A stretch of 64,000 bases of DNA, taken from positions 6,144 through 70,143 of the forward strand of contig CAZKYO010000014.1 in the NCBI GenBank assembly GCA_964557115.1, read 5' to 3'. Origin of the DNA: an uncultured Gemmatimonadaceae bacterium. GTDB lineage: Bacteria > Gemmatimonadota > Gemmatimonadetes > Gemmatimonadales > GWC2-71-9. Below the pieces are notes generated by a model. That model was given only the letters and a program-made list of their open reading frames with translations, had not been told where the DNA came from and did not search any database. Positions 44,542 through 55,882 of the stretch are shown here, one piece after another. A program made the position numbers and the translations under genes. Every line of letters starts with the position of its first letter. Within the stretch, counting starts at the first letter, position 1.

Positions 44542-44778
44542 ATGCTCAGGATCCTCGGCTACCTCGTCCTCGCCAGCGGACTGGCCGCGATCTGGATGTT
44601 CCACACCGGCTGGAAGACAAAGCACCCCGGTGAGCCGTGGCCCCGGATGGCGGTCTTCTCCTTCGGCGGCGTGATCGTCGCCGGGCTCGGGCTGATCGTG
44701 AACAACATGACCATCGCGGTCGTCGGCGGGGTGCTCTGGCTGCTCGGGCGCGTTTCGGGGAGGAAGTCCACCGGATGA
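44542..44778 (+). CDS. Small hypothetical membrane protein (about 3 TM)
   Basis: GGAGG SD, ATG 44542, 78 aa, mostly hydrophobic. Confidence 0.7.
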   Translation: MLRILGYLVLASGLAAIWMFHTGWKTKHPGEPWPRMAVFSFGGVIVAGLGLIVNNMTIAVVGGVLWLLGRVSGRKSTG

Positions 44779-44791
44779 CATCCACCCTCGA

Positions 44792-44819
44792 GTCGCACAT
44801 CTCGAATCGCGGATCTCGC
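44792..44819. repeat. Degenerate heptamer tandem (ATCTCG-like) upstream of the GH127/146 gene
   Basis: GTCGCAC ATCTCGA ATCGCGG ATCTCGC, period 7. Confidence 0.5.
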
Positions 44820-44822
44820 TAG

Positions 44823-47270
44823 ATGCCCCTCTCCCGCCGAGACCTCGTCCGCCTCGGGGTCGCCGCCAGCGCGCTCCCGGCACTCACGCGCCGACTCCAC
44901 GCCCTTGGCATCGCCGGCCACCCCGACGCCCCGCCGCTCTGGGCCACCCCGATTCCGCTCGAACGGATCCGCCTCACCGGCGGCCCGCTCCGCGAGGCCC
45001 AGCTGGCCGACGCCCGCTACCTCCTCTCGCTCGACCCCGACCGGATGCTGGCCTACTACCGCCTCCGCGCCGGCCTCGAGCAGAAGGCGGAGCCCTACGG
45101 CGGGTGGGACGGCGGCGGCCGCAACCTCACCGGCCACATCGCCGGCCACCACCTCTCCGCCATCTCGTTGATGTGGGCCGCCACCGGCGACGAGCGCTTC
45201 AAGCAGCGGGCCGACTACATGGTCCGCGAGCTCGACGCCGTCCAGCGCGCCAACGGCGACGGCAACCTGGTCGCACTCGAGAACGGCAAGAAGGCGTTCG
45301 AGGCGCTCCAGGCCGGGACGATCCGCGCGTCGTCCTTCTCGCTGAATGGCGAATGGTCGCCCTGGTACACGTTGCACAAGACGTTCGCAGGCCTGCGCGA
45401 TGCGTACCGCCACACGGGAAACGCCACGGCGCTCGACGTGGAGGCGAAGTTCGCCGCTTGGGCGGCCGGGATCCTGGCGCCGCTCAGCGACGAGCAGATC
45501 CAGCAGATGCTGCGCACCGAGTTCGGCGGCATGAACGAGGTGCTGGTGGACCTCGCCCACGACACCGGCGACTCGCGCTGGATGGATCTCTCCTGGAAGT
45601 TCGAGGACAAGGCGTTCACGGGGCCGCTTGCGCTGAACGAGGATCACCTCGACAACGTCCACGGCAACATGTCGATCCCCAAGCTGATCGGCTCGGCCGA
45701 TCGTTGGGCGGTGCTCGGCGCCCAGGCCGACCTCGTCGCCGCCAACGCGTTCTGGGAACTGGTGGTCCAGCACCACTCGTTCGCGACCGGCGGCCACGGC
45801 ACCGATGAGTACTGGGGGCCGGCCGATGTGATCGGCGGCCGGGTGGACGGCCGCACCGCCGAGTCGTGCAACGTGTACAACATGCTCAAGCTGACCCGGC
45901 AGCTCTTCTCGTTCCGGCCGGAGGCGCAATTCGCCGACTTCCACGAACGGGCGCTCTTCAATCACGCCCTCGCCTCGATCAATCCCGAGGACGGCCGGAT
46001 GTGCTACATGGTCCCGGTGGGGCGGGGCGTGCAGCACGAGTATCAGGACCCGTACGAGTCGTTCACCTGCTGCGTCGGCTCCGGCATGGAAAACCACACC
46101 CTCCACGGCCTGGGCCTCTACTACACCGATGCCGGGAAGCTCTGGGTCAACCAGTTCGCGCCGTCGGTGGCGGAATGGCCGGAGATGGGCGCCCGACTCG
46201 AGATGACGACCGACTTCCCGGTCGGCGACTCGGCAACGCTCACCATCCGGCTCAAGGCGCCCCAGACGCTCCAGGTGATGGTGCGGAAGCCGCACTGGGC
46301 GGGCGAGGGCTTCAAGCTGCACGTGAACGCGACCCCGCCGCAGGACGTCATGGTGCTCATGCCGCCCCGGCCGACCGCCCCGCCGGGAACCAGTGACTAC
46401 ATGAGCATCGTGCGCGAGTGGCGCGACGGCGACCGGATCGAGATCACGCTCCCCAAGTCGCTGCGGCTCGAGCCGACGGCCGACATGCCGGAGCGCACGG
46501 CGATCCTCTGGGGCCCGCTGGTGCTGGCCGGCGACCTTGGGCCCGAGGGCGCCCGCGGTCAGGACGAGGAGGAGCGGATCGATCCGCCTGCGCCGGCACC
46601 GGTGCTGGTGCATGCCTCCAAGGATCCGGTCCGGTGGCTCGCCCCGGCCGGCACGCCGGGACACTTCCGCACATCCGACGCGTTCGAGCCGAACGCGAGT
46701 GGCGTTGTGCATCCGGTCGAGTTCGTGCCGTTCTACCAGCTGCACCGCCGTACCTACGGCGTCTACTGGGACCTCTACTCGCCGGAGCAGTGGCGGGGGA
46801 TGCGGGCCGAGCTCGCCGCCGAGGCGGCGCGGCATCAGCGGATCGAGGCGGCGACGATCGCCAAGGTCATCGCCGGGGACGAGGCGTCCACCAAGGCGGC
46901 CAACTATCAGGGAAGCAGTGACGCCGGGCTCAACTACATCGTCGGCCGTCGCGGCTGGCGGACCGGCGGCTGGCTGTCGTTCGAGCTGCCGGTGGAGGGC
47001 GACAAGGCGATGGCGCTTGTCGCCACCTGGTACAACGCCGATCGCCGTTCGTTGCCGGCCAGGTTCGACATCAAGGTGGACGGCACCGTGATCGCCTCGC
47101 CGGCGATGCGGATCGAGGCGCCGAGCCGGTTCTTCGACGCGACCTATCCGATCCCGGCCGAGCTGGTGCAGGGCAAGGAGAAGGTCACGGTGCGCTTCGA
47201 GGCGCCCCGCGGCGGGCGGGTGGCGGCGCTGTTCGGGGTGCGGATGGTGAGGGCGGCGGAGCTCCGCTAG
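44823..47270 (+). CDS. Tat-exported beta-L-arabinofuranosidase-like glycoside hydrolase (GH127/GH146)
   Basis: Tat motif SRRDLV, YGGWD, GHIAGHHLSA, WSPWYTLHK, EFGGMNE, Zn/nucleophile motifs AESCNVYNMLK and FTCCVGSGME. Confidence 0.88.
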   Translation: MPLSRRDLVRLGVAASALPALTRRLHALGIAGHPDAPPLWATPIPLERIRLTGGPLREAQLADARYLLSLDPDRMLAYYRLRAGLEQKAEPYGGWDGGGRNLTGHIAGHHLSAISLMWAATGDERFKQRADYMVRELDAVQRANGDGNLVALENGKKAFEALQAGTIRASSFSLNGEWSPWYTLHKTFAGLRDAYRHTGNATALDVEAKFAAWAAGILAPLSDEQIQQMLRTEFGGMNEVLVDLAHDTGDSRWMDLSWKFEDKAFTGPLALNEDHLDNVHGNMSIPKLIGSADRWAVLGAQADLVAANAFWELVVQHHSFATGGHGTDEYWGPADVIGGRVDGRTAESCNVYNMLKLTRQLFSFRPEAQFADFHERALFNHALASINPEDGRMCYMVPVGRGVQHEYQDPYESFTCCVGSGMENHTLHGLGLYYTDAGKLWVNQFAPSVAEWPEMGARLEMTTDFPVGDSATLTIRLKAPQTLQVMVRKPHWAGEGFKLHVNATPPQDVMVLMPPRPTAPPGTSDYMSIVREWRDGDRIEITLPKSLRLEPTADMPERTAILWGPLVLAGDLGPEGARGQDEEERIDPPAPAPVLVHASKDPVRWLAPAGTPGHFRTSDAFEPNASGVVHPVEFVPFYQLHRRTYGVYWDLYSPEQWRGMRAELAAEAARHQRIEAATIAKVIAGDEASTKAANYQGSSDAGLNYIVGRRGWRTGGWLSFELPVEGDKAMALVATWYNADRRSLPARFDIKVDGTVIASPAMRIEAPSRFFDATYPIPAELVQGKEKVTVRFEAPRGGRVAALFGVRMVRAAELR

Positions 47271-47279
47271 CGGAGCTCC
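47258..47279. repeat. Perfect 22-bp palindrome at the overlapping stop codons of two convergent genes
   Basis: GGAGCTCCGCTAGCGGAGCTCC equals its own reverse complement, and both proteins end in ELR*. Confidence 0.95.
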
Positions 47280-49891
47280 ACGACGGTCGGTCGGCCGGAG
47301 AGCGGCACAACATAGGCCCCGCGCTCCATTCGGAACTCGCCCACCGGCCGCGCCGCGCCCTCCACCCGGAGCCTGGCCACGGGAGTGAACCGGTCGGCCG
47401 GTGACAGCGTCACCAGGACCCTGTCGCCGGTCACCCGCACCTCGTCGAACGTGCCGGCCTCGAGCACCAGCCAGAGCTTGAGCCGCGCGATGAACACCCG
47501 GGAGCGCCCGGCGTCGCGCGGCTCGACCGTCACCGTCTCGCCAGCGACGGTCCAGTTCCCCCCGAACGCCAGCCAGCCGAACACCGGATCCTTCGTGACG
47601 TATGTCGCCGCGTTGATCGCGTGCCCGAAGAACCCCGGTCCGTAGTCGCCCGAGTAGCCATCATTCTTGAGCGTGTTCGGCCACGCATGGAACCCGCTCG
47701 GCCCGAAGCCGTCCTCGGTGACATTGGCGATGCTGCCGAGCAGGCCGCCATAGCCCACCCGCAGGAGGTAGAGGTCCTGCGGCTCGCGGCGGAACTCGCT
47801 CAGCACCGGGATCGCGTTCAGCCCCGAGCCGTAGTGGTGCAGTTGCCGCTCCACCCGCCGGGTCTTGCCGGCGTACTGGAAGTCCCAGTAACGCCGCGCG
47901 CTGCCGTTGTAGCCCCAGTGCGGCACCGTCGGCATGTAGCCGAGGATCGCGTTGAGCGTCACGAGCGCCTTGTCGTCGAAGCCGAAGTAGCGGCACCAGG
48001 CGTAGACCTCCTCCTGGCCGGTCGAGTCCCACGGCATCTCGCTGCCGTAGGGGTAGGCGAGCGCGTCCCATGCCTCCGCCCGCTTCCGCATCAACGCCTC
48101 GAGCTGGTCGGCCTGGGTGTCCCATCCCTCGCGCCGGAGATCGGCGAGGATCAGCACGAAGACGGTCCCCTCCATCTGCCCGAACTGCGCGTAGTCCGGC
48201 GCCAGCCGCACCATCGCCTCGGCGGTGCGCCAGGCGCGGTCGAGGTACCAGTCCCACGGATGGTTGGTGACCAGCCCGACGTGGTTGCGGGCGTTGCGGT
48301 AGAGCACCCAGTGCGCCGCCGCCACGTGGGGATAGTCGTAGGAGCGTCCCACGCTCATCGCATGGTCGCGCTTCCAGCTCGACCAGCCGCCGTAGCGGAT
48401 GCTGTCGCCGTAAGTCCCCGCCGGCATCGAGTCGGGTTCGTAGTAGAACATCGACTTCCGCACGCCGTAGGCATTGGGCCCGTCGGCGTACTGGAGCCCG
48501 CCCCAGAGCACGCCGTCGACGAAACGCTGCAGCTTGGCCGTCACGGCGCTGTCGGGACTCACCAGCTGGGTCATCACCGCCGCCAGCCACGAGCCCGAGC
48601 CGCCCTCGTCGCCCAACCCGGCGATCCAGGCGCGATTGTCCTCGGTCACCTGGCGCTTGGTGTCATAGTCGTAGGAGATGACCGACGGGCTCCGCCCGAA
48701 CGGATCGTCGGGCCGCTCGAACCACTGCGCCGTGGTGAGGAAATGGGCCATGTCGCCCACCACATCGCGCGCCGGGTGGATCACCTTGTAGTGGATCTGC
48801 TGCTCGAGCCCGTCGCTCCAGGTGATGGTGACCCGTGCCCGGCCCCACGTCACGCCGCGGAGGGCGTAGGCGTGCCACCCCTTCGGCGACGCGACCGGAG
48901 TGATCCGGATCGCGCCGGCGGGTTCCACCGAGATGCTCCGCACGCTGGTCGAGTGCTGCAGGAAGAGTCGCGCATCGAGGTCCTGCGGCAGCACGTAGCC
49001 GGGAACGCCGACCGCCACCGGCCGGTGCGCCGCTGCAAGCGTCGCCTCGATCTCGCGCACCCCCGAAGCCAGCAGGAACCGGACGCCCCACGAGCGCTTC
49101 TCTCCCGGCGCCAGCGTCACGCTGGTGGGCGGGTTCCACGACGCCGCGTTGGCCCACGCCGAGTCGGCGAACGCCCGGCTGAGCGCCAGCCACTCGTAGA
49201 ACCCCTCGAAGGTGATGCCGCGCTGGGTCTTCTCGTCGAGCAGCGGATTCCACGCCTCCAGCGGTGTCTTCCCCCACGGGGCAACGACGAGCGCCGGACC
49301 GGTGCCGGTGAGCCGGGTGACCTGCACGTAGCCGGCGTCGCCGCTGATCGACGGGTCGGTGAACGAGTTGATCGCGTGGGCCTGGTCGAGCGAGTGGTCC
49401 GAGAGGATGTTGTCGAACGGCATCGGGATGCCGAGCGCGCCGATCTCGATCGGTCGGTAGGTGCGATTGGCGACCTCGAAGCGGAGCACCAGCGTCCCGT
49501 CGTGCACCTCCCAGCTCCGGTGCACGGTGAGCGGGATGTCGGCCGGCAGGGCGGGGGCGAGGTCGGAGGCGGCGAGGGCGCCCCTGATCACCAGCGGCGT
49601 CACGGCACGCCGCACCGTCGCGGTGCTCGTGCGGGTCCAGCTCGTGGTCCCCGCCGTCCGCCAGGCCAGCGTGAGGTCGCCCAGGTGGTAGAAACGGTCG
49701 CCGCGACGCGCCGAGTCGCGACCGGCGGGGAGGAAGTCGAACGGCTCGGCGCCCTCGGGGGCAAGCGACACCGCCACCCCGCTGGCACGAGCCAGCCGCA
49801 GGTGGAAGCCTGCGGTGTCGATCGCGAGGGTCGAATCGGGGCCCTGGGCCAGCGCGGCGAGCAGCGGGAGGAGGAGCACGGTGGCGGTCAT
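47267..49891 (-). CDS. DUF5695-family secreted protein (putative glycoside hydrolase)
   Basis: Signal peptide. RSYDYPHV, YGSEMPWDSTGQE, HWGYNGSARRYWDF and ERQLHHYGSGLN recognised from memory as DUF5695-type motifs. Confidence 0.75.
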   Translation of the reverse strand: MTATVLLLPLLAALAQGPDSTLAIDTAGFHLRLARASGVAVSLAPEGAEPFDFLPAGRDSARRGDRFYHLGDLTLAWRTAGTTSWTRTSTATVRRAVTPLVIRGALAASDLAPALPADIPLTVHRSWEVHDGTLVLRFEVANRTYRPIEIGALGIPMPFDNILSDHSLDQAHAINSFTDPSISGDAGYVQVTRLTGTGPALVVAPWGKTPLEAWNPLLDEKTQRGITFEGFYEWLALSRAFADSAWANAASWNPPTSVTLAPGEKRSWGVRFLLASGVREIEATLAAAHRPVAVGVPGYVLPQDLDARLFLQHSTSVRSISVEPAGAIRITPVASPKGWHAYALRGVTWGRARVTITWSDGLEQQIHYKVIHPARDVVGDMAHFLTTAQWFERPDDPFGRSPSVISYDYDTKRQVTEDNRAWIAGLGDEGGSGSWLAAVMTQLVSPDSAVTAKLQRFVDGVLWGGLQYADGPNAYGVRKSMFYYEPDSMPAGTYGDSIRYGGWSSWKRDHAMSVGRSYDYPHVAAAHWVLYRNARNHVGLVTNHPWDWYLDRAWRTAEAMVRLAPDYAQFGQMEGTVFVLILADLRREGWDTQADQLEALMRKRAEAWDALAYPYGSEMPWDSTGQEEVYAWCRYFGFDDKALVTLNAILGYMPTVPHWGYNGSARRYWDFQYAGKTRRVERQLHHYGSGLNAIPVLSEFRREPQDLYLLRVGYGGLLGSIANVTEDGFGPSGFHAWPNTLKNDGYSGDYGPGFFGHAINAATYVTKDPVFGWLAFGGNWTVAGETVTVEPRDAGRSRVFIARLKLWLVLEAGTFDEVRVTGDRVLVTLSPADRFTPVARLRVEGAARPVGEFRMERGAYVVPLSGRPTVVELR

Positions 49892-49942
49892 CCCCGTCGA
49901 AGGTGATATTCTTCCCCGATCCAACCTACCCCGGAACAATCA

Positions 49943-51076
49943 ATGTCGCGATTCACGGCCGACCAGCTCGCCTTCGCCCGTACCCGCACCGGTTACCTCG
50001 ACCGCGCCGCGTCGATCGAGTTCCTGAAGACGATGGACATCCGGATGAGCGTGGGACACTGGTCGGCCGGCGACTTCTGCGACCGCTTCGCGCCGCCGGG
50101 CTACCACTCCGATGATCCCGCCTTCGGCAGCGACTTCGAGGGACAGTGCCGCCGGACCAGGGCCGCCGGGATCGACGCCATCGAGATTCACCAGTCGGTG
50201 TTCGAGAAGACCCTCAACGGCGACATCGACTGGCCCGCCCTCGAACGGGCCCGCGACACGCTCCTCCCCGAACTCGGCCTCACCATCCCCGCCTGCAACA
50301 TCAACACCTGGACCAACCCGCGCTTCCGCCTCGGCGGCCCGTGCAATCCCGACCCCGCGCTCCGGCGCGCGGCGCAGGAGGAGCTCGAGAAGGGCGTCGA
50401 ACTCTGCAAGGCGCTGGGGATCACCGTGCTGAGCGTCTGGCCCGGCTCCGACGGCGCCGACTACCACTTCCAGATCGACTATCTCGAGTCGCTGGGGTGG
50501 TTCACCGAGGCGCTGGTGGCCATCAATCGCGAGTGCCTCAAGGCGGGGATCCGGCTCGCGATCGAGCCCAAGCCGTACGAACCGCGCGAGCTGTACATGA
50601 TCGTCCCCACCGCGGCCTCGGCGATCCTGGTGGCCCAGGAGGTCAACCGCCAGACCGGCGGCAACAACGTCGGCCTCACGGTGGACTACGGCCACCAGAA
50701 GATGGAGGGCACCACCGCCTCCACCGCCTGCGACCTCGCCGCCTACGCCGGCGTGCCGGTCCACAAGTTCGACGTCAACGACGCACGCCAGGGCCGCAAC
50801 GACCAGGACCTGATGTTCGGCACCATCTCGATCCCCGAGTCAGTCGAGTACCTCTATACCACCTTCCGGCGCGACTACCGCGGCTGGTACTCGCAGGACC
50901 AGTTCACGTACCGCGACGAGCCGACCCGCGCGATGGAACGCAGCATGATCAACTTCGCGAACCTCGCCCTCAAGGCAGTGCGGCTCTACGATCAGCAGCC
51001 GGCGATCGACGCCGCCCGGAAGACGGGGACCGGCCCGGACGTGCTCGATATCGTGAGTCCGGTGCTGGTGGGCTGA
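49943..51076 (+). CDS. Xylose-isomerase-family TIM-barrel sugar isomerase (predicted by context to be an L-arabinose isomerase)
   Basis: WPGSDG, LAIEPKPYEPR, GLTVDYGHQKMEG and FDVNDARQGRNDQDLMFG parallel the xylose-isomerase metal-binding motifs. It is the first gene before araB-araD. Confidence 0.85.
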   Translation: MSRFTADQLAFARTRTGYLDRAASIEFLKTMDIRMSVGHWSAGDFCDRFAPPGYHSDDPAFGSDFEGQCRRTRAAGIDAIEIHQSVFEKTLNGDIDWPALERARDTLLPELGLTIPACNINTWTNPRFRLGGPCNPDPALRRAAQEELEKGVELCKALGITVLSVWPGSDGADYHFQIDYLESLGWFTEALVAINRECLKAGIRLAIEPKPYEPRELYMIVPTAASAILVAQEVNRQTGGNNVGLTVDYGHQKMEGTTASTACDLAAYAGVPVHKFDVNDARQGRNDQDLMFGTISIPESVEYLYTTFRRDYRGWYSQDQFTYRDEPTRAMERSMINFANLALKAVRLYDQQPAIDAARKTGTGPDVLDIVSPVLVG

Positions 51077-51078
51077 GC

Positions 51079-52722
51079 GTGCCCTGCACGATCGGGGTCG
51101 ACTTCGGGACCAACTCCGTCCGCGCCGTCGTCGCCGACTGCGCCGACGGCCGCATCCTCGGCACGGGCGTCACGCCCTATCCCTCGGGCGACCTGGGGAT
51201 CCTCCTCGATCCCGCCGATCCGCACCTCGCCCGCCAGCATCCCGGCGACTATGTCGTCGGACTGCAGGATTCGATCACCACGGCGCTCCGTGAGGCGAAG
51301 GTCGCTCCAGCCGACATCGTCGGCATCGGGATCGACACAACCGGCTCGACGCCGATGCCGGTGGACGCCCAGAACCGCCCGCTTGGTCTGGATCCCCGCT
51401 GGGAAGGCCACCTCGCCGCCCACGCCTGGCTCTGGAAGGACCACACGGGCGCCGCCGAGGCAGCGGAGATCACCGCGCTGGCGCGGGAGCTCGCGCCGGA
51501 ACACCTGGCGGTGATCGGCGGGGTGTACTCGTCGGAGTGGTTCTGGGCCAAGATCCTCAAGTGTCGCCGCGTGGCGCCCGACGTCTTCGCCGCGGCGCAC
51601 AGCTGGGTCGAGATCGCCGACTGGATCCCGTCGGTGCTCACCGGGGCGACCAGCCCGGACCAGATCCTCCGCGGCATCTGCGCGGCGGGGCACAAGGCGA
51701 TGTTCAGCGACGCGTGGGGCGGGCTGCCGTCGGAGGAGTTCCTGGCACGACTCGATCCGGCACTGGCGGAGCTGCGGGGACGGTTGTTCGATGAGGCCTA
51801 CGCCGCCGACCGACCGGCGGGGCATCTCTGTGCCGAGTGGGCCGCGAAGCTGGGGCTGCGCGAGGGAATCCCGATCGCGATGGGGCAGTTCGATGCGCAC
51901 CTGGGCGCCGTCGGCTCGGGCGTCGGGCCCGGCACTCACGTCAAGATCATCGGCACCGCGAGCTGCGACATCACGGTGGCGGCGGGCGACGGCCCCGCGC
52001 CGGTGATCCCCGGCATCTGCGGCATCGTGCCCGGCTCGGTGCTGCCGGGGATGCACGGCATCGAGGCCGGGCAGTCGGCGGTCGGCGACCTCCTCGGCTG
52101 GTGGACCCGTGCCGTCGGCATCGACCACGCCGAGCTCGAGCGGCAGGTCGCCGACGATCGCCCCGGCGCCGCCGGCCTCCTGGCGCTCGACTGGAACAAC
52201 GGCAACCGCACCGTGCTGGTCGACCCACTGCTCACCGGGCTGATCCTCGGCCAGACGCTGCACACCACGGTCGCCGAGATCTACCGCGCGCTGGTCGAGG
52301 CGACCGCGTATGGGGCCAAGGTCATCCTCGACCGGATCAAGGACGGCGGCGTCACCATCGAACGCGTCGTCTGCTGCGGCGGCATCGCCGAGAAGAACGA
52401 CATGTTCATGCAGATCTATGCCGACGTGCTGGGGATGCCGATGCTCACCGCCGGCAGCAAGCAGACCCCGGCGCTCGGCTCGGCGATCTCCGCGGCGGTG
52501 GCCGCCGGCGTCCACCCCGACTTCGCGAGCGCCCAAGCGGCGATGACCCGACTCGGCACCCGCGCCTTCCATCCCCGGCCCGACGCGCAGGCGGTGTACG
52601 CCGAGCTGTACGGGATGTACTGCGAGCTGCACGACGCGTTCGGCGCGGTGCAGGGGACCGCCACCGATCTCCCCACCCTGATGAAGCGACTGCTCGCCCT
52701 GCGCGAGAGGAGCGCCGCATGA
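51079..52722 (+). CDS. araB: Ribulokinase (FGGY family)
   Basis: IGVDFGTNSVRA, ARQHPGDY, GIGIDTTGSTP, WLWKDHT, YSSEWFWAK, CAAGHKAM, GIEAGQSAVGD, LDWNNGNRT. Confidence 0.92.
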   Translation: MPCTIGVDFGTNSVRAVVADCADGRILGTGVTPYPSGDLGILLDPADPHLARQHPGDYVVGLQDSITTALREAKVAPADIVGIGIDTTGSTPMPVDAQNRPLGLDPRWEGHLAAHAWLWKDHTGAAEAAEITALARELAPEHLAVIGGVYSSEWFWAKILKCRRVAPDVFAAAHSWVEIADWIPSVLTGATSPDQILRGICAAGHKAMFSDAWGGLPSEEFLARLDPALAELRGRLFDEAYAADRPAGHLCAEWAAKLGLREGIPIAMGQFDAHLGAVGSGVGPGTHVKIIGTASCDITVAAGDGPAPVIPGICGIVPGSVLPGMHGIEAGQSAVGDLLGWWTRAVGIDHAELERQVADDRPGAAGLLALDWNNGNRTVLVDPLLTGLILGQTLHTTVAEIYRALVEATAYGAKVILDRIKDGGVTIERVVCCGGIAEKNDMFMQIYADVLGMPMLTAGSKQTPALGSAISAAVAAGVHPDFASAQAAMTRLGTRAFHPRPDAQAVYAELYGMYCELHDAFGAVQGTATDLPTLMKRLLALRERSAA

Positions 52723-53431
52723 CCAAGCGGCTCCGCAAGCTGCGCCAGGCGGTCTGCGACGCCAACCACGCCCTCGTGGAGCACGGCCTCGTGATGGGCA
52801 CCTTCGGCAACGTCTCGGGCATCGACCGCGACGCGGGGGTCTTCGTCATCAAGCCGAGCGGCGTGCCGTACGACGAGCTCACCCCCGAGGCGCTGGTCCC
52901 CGTCTCGCTGGAGACCGGCGAGGTGCTGGACGGTGGGCTCCGGCCGTCATCCGACACGCCGACGCACCTCGAGCTCTACCGCGCCTTCGAATGTGGCGGC
53001 ATCGCCCACAGCCACGCCGTGCACGCCACGGCGTTCGCGCAGGCGTGCCGTGGCATCCCCTGCATGGGGACCACCCACGCCGACCACTTCCGCGGCGACG
53101 TCCCGGTCACCCGGGCGATGACGGCCGCCGAAGTGGGCGGCGCGTACGAGGCGGAAACGGGGCTTGTCATCGTCGAGACGTTCCTGCGGGGCGGCATCGA
53201 CAGCCGCGAGGTCCCGGGCGTGCTCGTCGCGCACCACGGGCCGTTCACGTGGGGCCGGGACGCGGCGGCCGCGGTCGAGAACGCCGCCGTGCTCGAGTAC
53301 CTCGCCCGGATCGAGATCGCCCGGCTCGCCATCGATGCGCATGCACCGAGACCCGCCGAACACCTGGTTGACCGCCACTTTTCCCGCAAGCATGGTCGCG
53401 ACGCCTACTACGGTCAGGGAGAGCCACCCAC

Positions 53432-53435
<4 letters not shown>
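52719..53435 (+). CDS. araD: L-ribulose-5-phosphate 4-epimerase
   Basis: TFGNVSGIDR, VIKPSGVPY, PSSDTPTHLELY, GGIAHSH, GTTHADHFRG, HGPFTWG, KHGRDAYYGQ. Confidence 0.95.
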
Positions 53436-55185
<1,750 letters not shown>

Positions 55186-55189
<4 letters not shown>

Positions 55190-55824
55190 GCGTGCGGGCG
55201 GTGCTCTGGGACCTCGACGGGACGCTCGTCGCATCGGCCGAGGAGCATTGGCAGGCGTGGCGGGAGGTGCTGGAGGCGCGCGGGCATCGGGTGGAACGCG
55301 ACCACTTCGACCGGACCTTCGGTTGGCGGAACGACGCGATCCTCGCCGCGTGGCTGGGCGGCAGGGTGGCGGAGGCGGAGGTCCGGGAGATCGGCGACCT
55401 CAAGGAGGCGCGCTACCGCGAGCTGGTGGCGGCCGGGTCGCTGGCGCCGCTTCCCGGCGCGGCGGAGTGGGTGGCGCGCCTGGCGGCCGACGGGTGGAAG
55501 CAGGCGATCGCCTCCTCCGCGCCGCGGGCCAACGTGGAGGTAGTCGTCGCGGCGCTCGGCTTCGAGCGCTACCTCGATGCGATGGTCGGCGCCGAGGACG
55601 TGCGGCACGGCAAGCCGGCACCGGACGTCTTCCTCGAGGCGGCGCGAAGGGTAGGGGCTGCGCCCGACCGGTCGGTCGTGGTGGAGGATGCGGCGGCCGG
55701 GATCGAGGCGGCCCGTGCGGCGGGGATGGCGTGCATCGGCGTCGGCAACCTGCCGGCGGACGTAAGTGTAGCAACGCTGGCGGAATTGAAACACGACCAG
55801 TTCGACAGGTTGGTTCCGGGCTGA
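55186..55824 (+). CDS. HAD-superfamily phosphatase (beta-PGM-like)
   Basis: WDLDGT, IASSAP, GKPAPDVF, VVEDAAAGIEAA. Confidence 0.9.
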
Positions 55825-55825
55825 C

Positions 55826-55867
55826 GTGACGCGTGACGGGTCACGGGTCACCCGTCCCCTGTCACCC
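55826..55867. repeat. Heptamer tandem GT(G/C)AC-NN, six units, with inverted halves
   Basis: GTGACGC GTGACGG GTCACGG GTCACCC GTCCCCT GTCACCC. Confidence 0.8.
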
Positions 55868-55882
55868 ACCAAGTGAGGTGCT

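Noticed and set aside
49943-51076. Annotating this gene simply as xylA (D-xylose isomerase)
   Set aside because: The adjacent kinase is AraB-type, araD is present, no xylB is in the window, and active-site motifs deviate from class I XylA. The gene symbol was withheld.
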